Source: Blepharisma stoltei ATCC 30299
Taxonomy: Eukaryota > Protista > Ciliophora
Length of the DNA: 64,000 bases
Direction of reading: 5' to 3'
Assembly: GCA_965603825.1 (NCBI GenBank)
Contig: CBFDEM010000017.1
Coordinates: 124,001 to 188,000 of the forward strand
A program made the position numbers and the translations under genes. Below are positions 63,738 to 64,000 of this stretch, one piece after another. Under the pieces are notes generated by a model. It searched no databases and had not been told where the DNA came from. It saw only the letters and a list, made by a program, of their open reading frames with translations. Each line of letters begins with the position of its first letter. The first letter of the stretch is position 1.

Positions 63738-64000
63738 TTAATAAAGATTAGAAAATCTTTGGTATTGGCTAAATCTAATTTGTGCATAGTCTAGGAAATA
63801 CTCATTTTGTGGTTTAAACATATTAGCTGCCCACAAAGCTCCTAAATAATTTACAACTGCCCTGCACCCACAAACTTCATTTCACAAATCTTCATATACA
63901 AACCCATTTTCTTCTCCATAAATTTCCACAAATTCATGCTGAGTAGCCAGTGACATTTCATCTTCAGGGTGAAATTCAAAAGGAAAAACATTATATTCAA
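63738..64000 (-). CDS. 3' end of a hypothetical protein entering from the window edge
   Basis: Frame open from the edge (EYNVFPFEFHPEDE...DL[W]NEV...RFSNLY) to TAA at 63738. Confidence 0.6.

Noticed and set aside
1-64000. tRNA, rRNA, telomeric repeats, transposases, CRISPR arrays
   Set aside because: None seen by eye; short RNAs could have been missed without a covariance-model search.

Overview
Gene-dense, AT-rich eukaryotic nuclear DNA, most consistent with the macronuclear genome of a heterotrich ciliate of the Blepharisma type (inference). UGA is read as Trp: in-frame TGA recurs at conserved Trp positions, while UAA/UAG are the stops. Introns are tiny: eleven 15-nt and one 16-nt GT..AG introns, all with an A six nt from the 3' end. 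The supplied ORF track therefore fragments many genes. Re-read this way, the window holds about 28 complete genes and two partial edge CDSs: an IP3R/RyR-type Ca channel, ZnT9-like, BI-1, PX-WD40, Wee1, FMC1-like, AP-3 delta, eL18, RSPH14, NSF plus a stand-alone NSF N-domain paralog, a type I membrane protein, VPS9 GEF, kinesin-1, Ski2, CEP57-like, VPS13, countin-like, Mpo1-like, a Trl1-like RNA ligase-kinase, TAM41, a sorting nexin, a cNMP-binding protein, an EF-hand protein and several hypotheticals. Three loci are decayed: a P5B-ATPase lacking its catalytic core, a BI-1 remnant and a ubiquitin E2 with one TAA. The main unexplained items are (1) a ~460-nt, 47% GC, extensively self-pairing non-coding island at 27.78-28.25 kb that matches no RNA family I recognise, and (2) a ~380-bp diverged copy of the Wee1-tail/P5-ATPase promoter that supplies the start codon of RSPH14 and has TAA where Wee1 has TGA.
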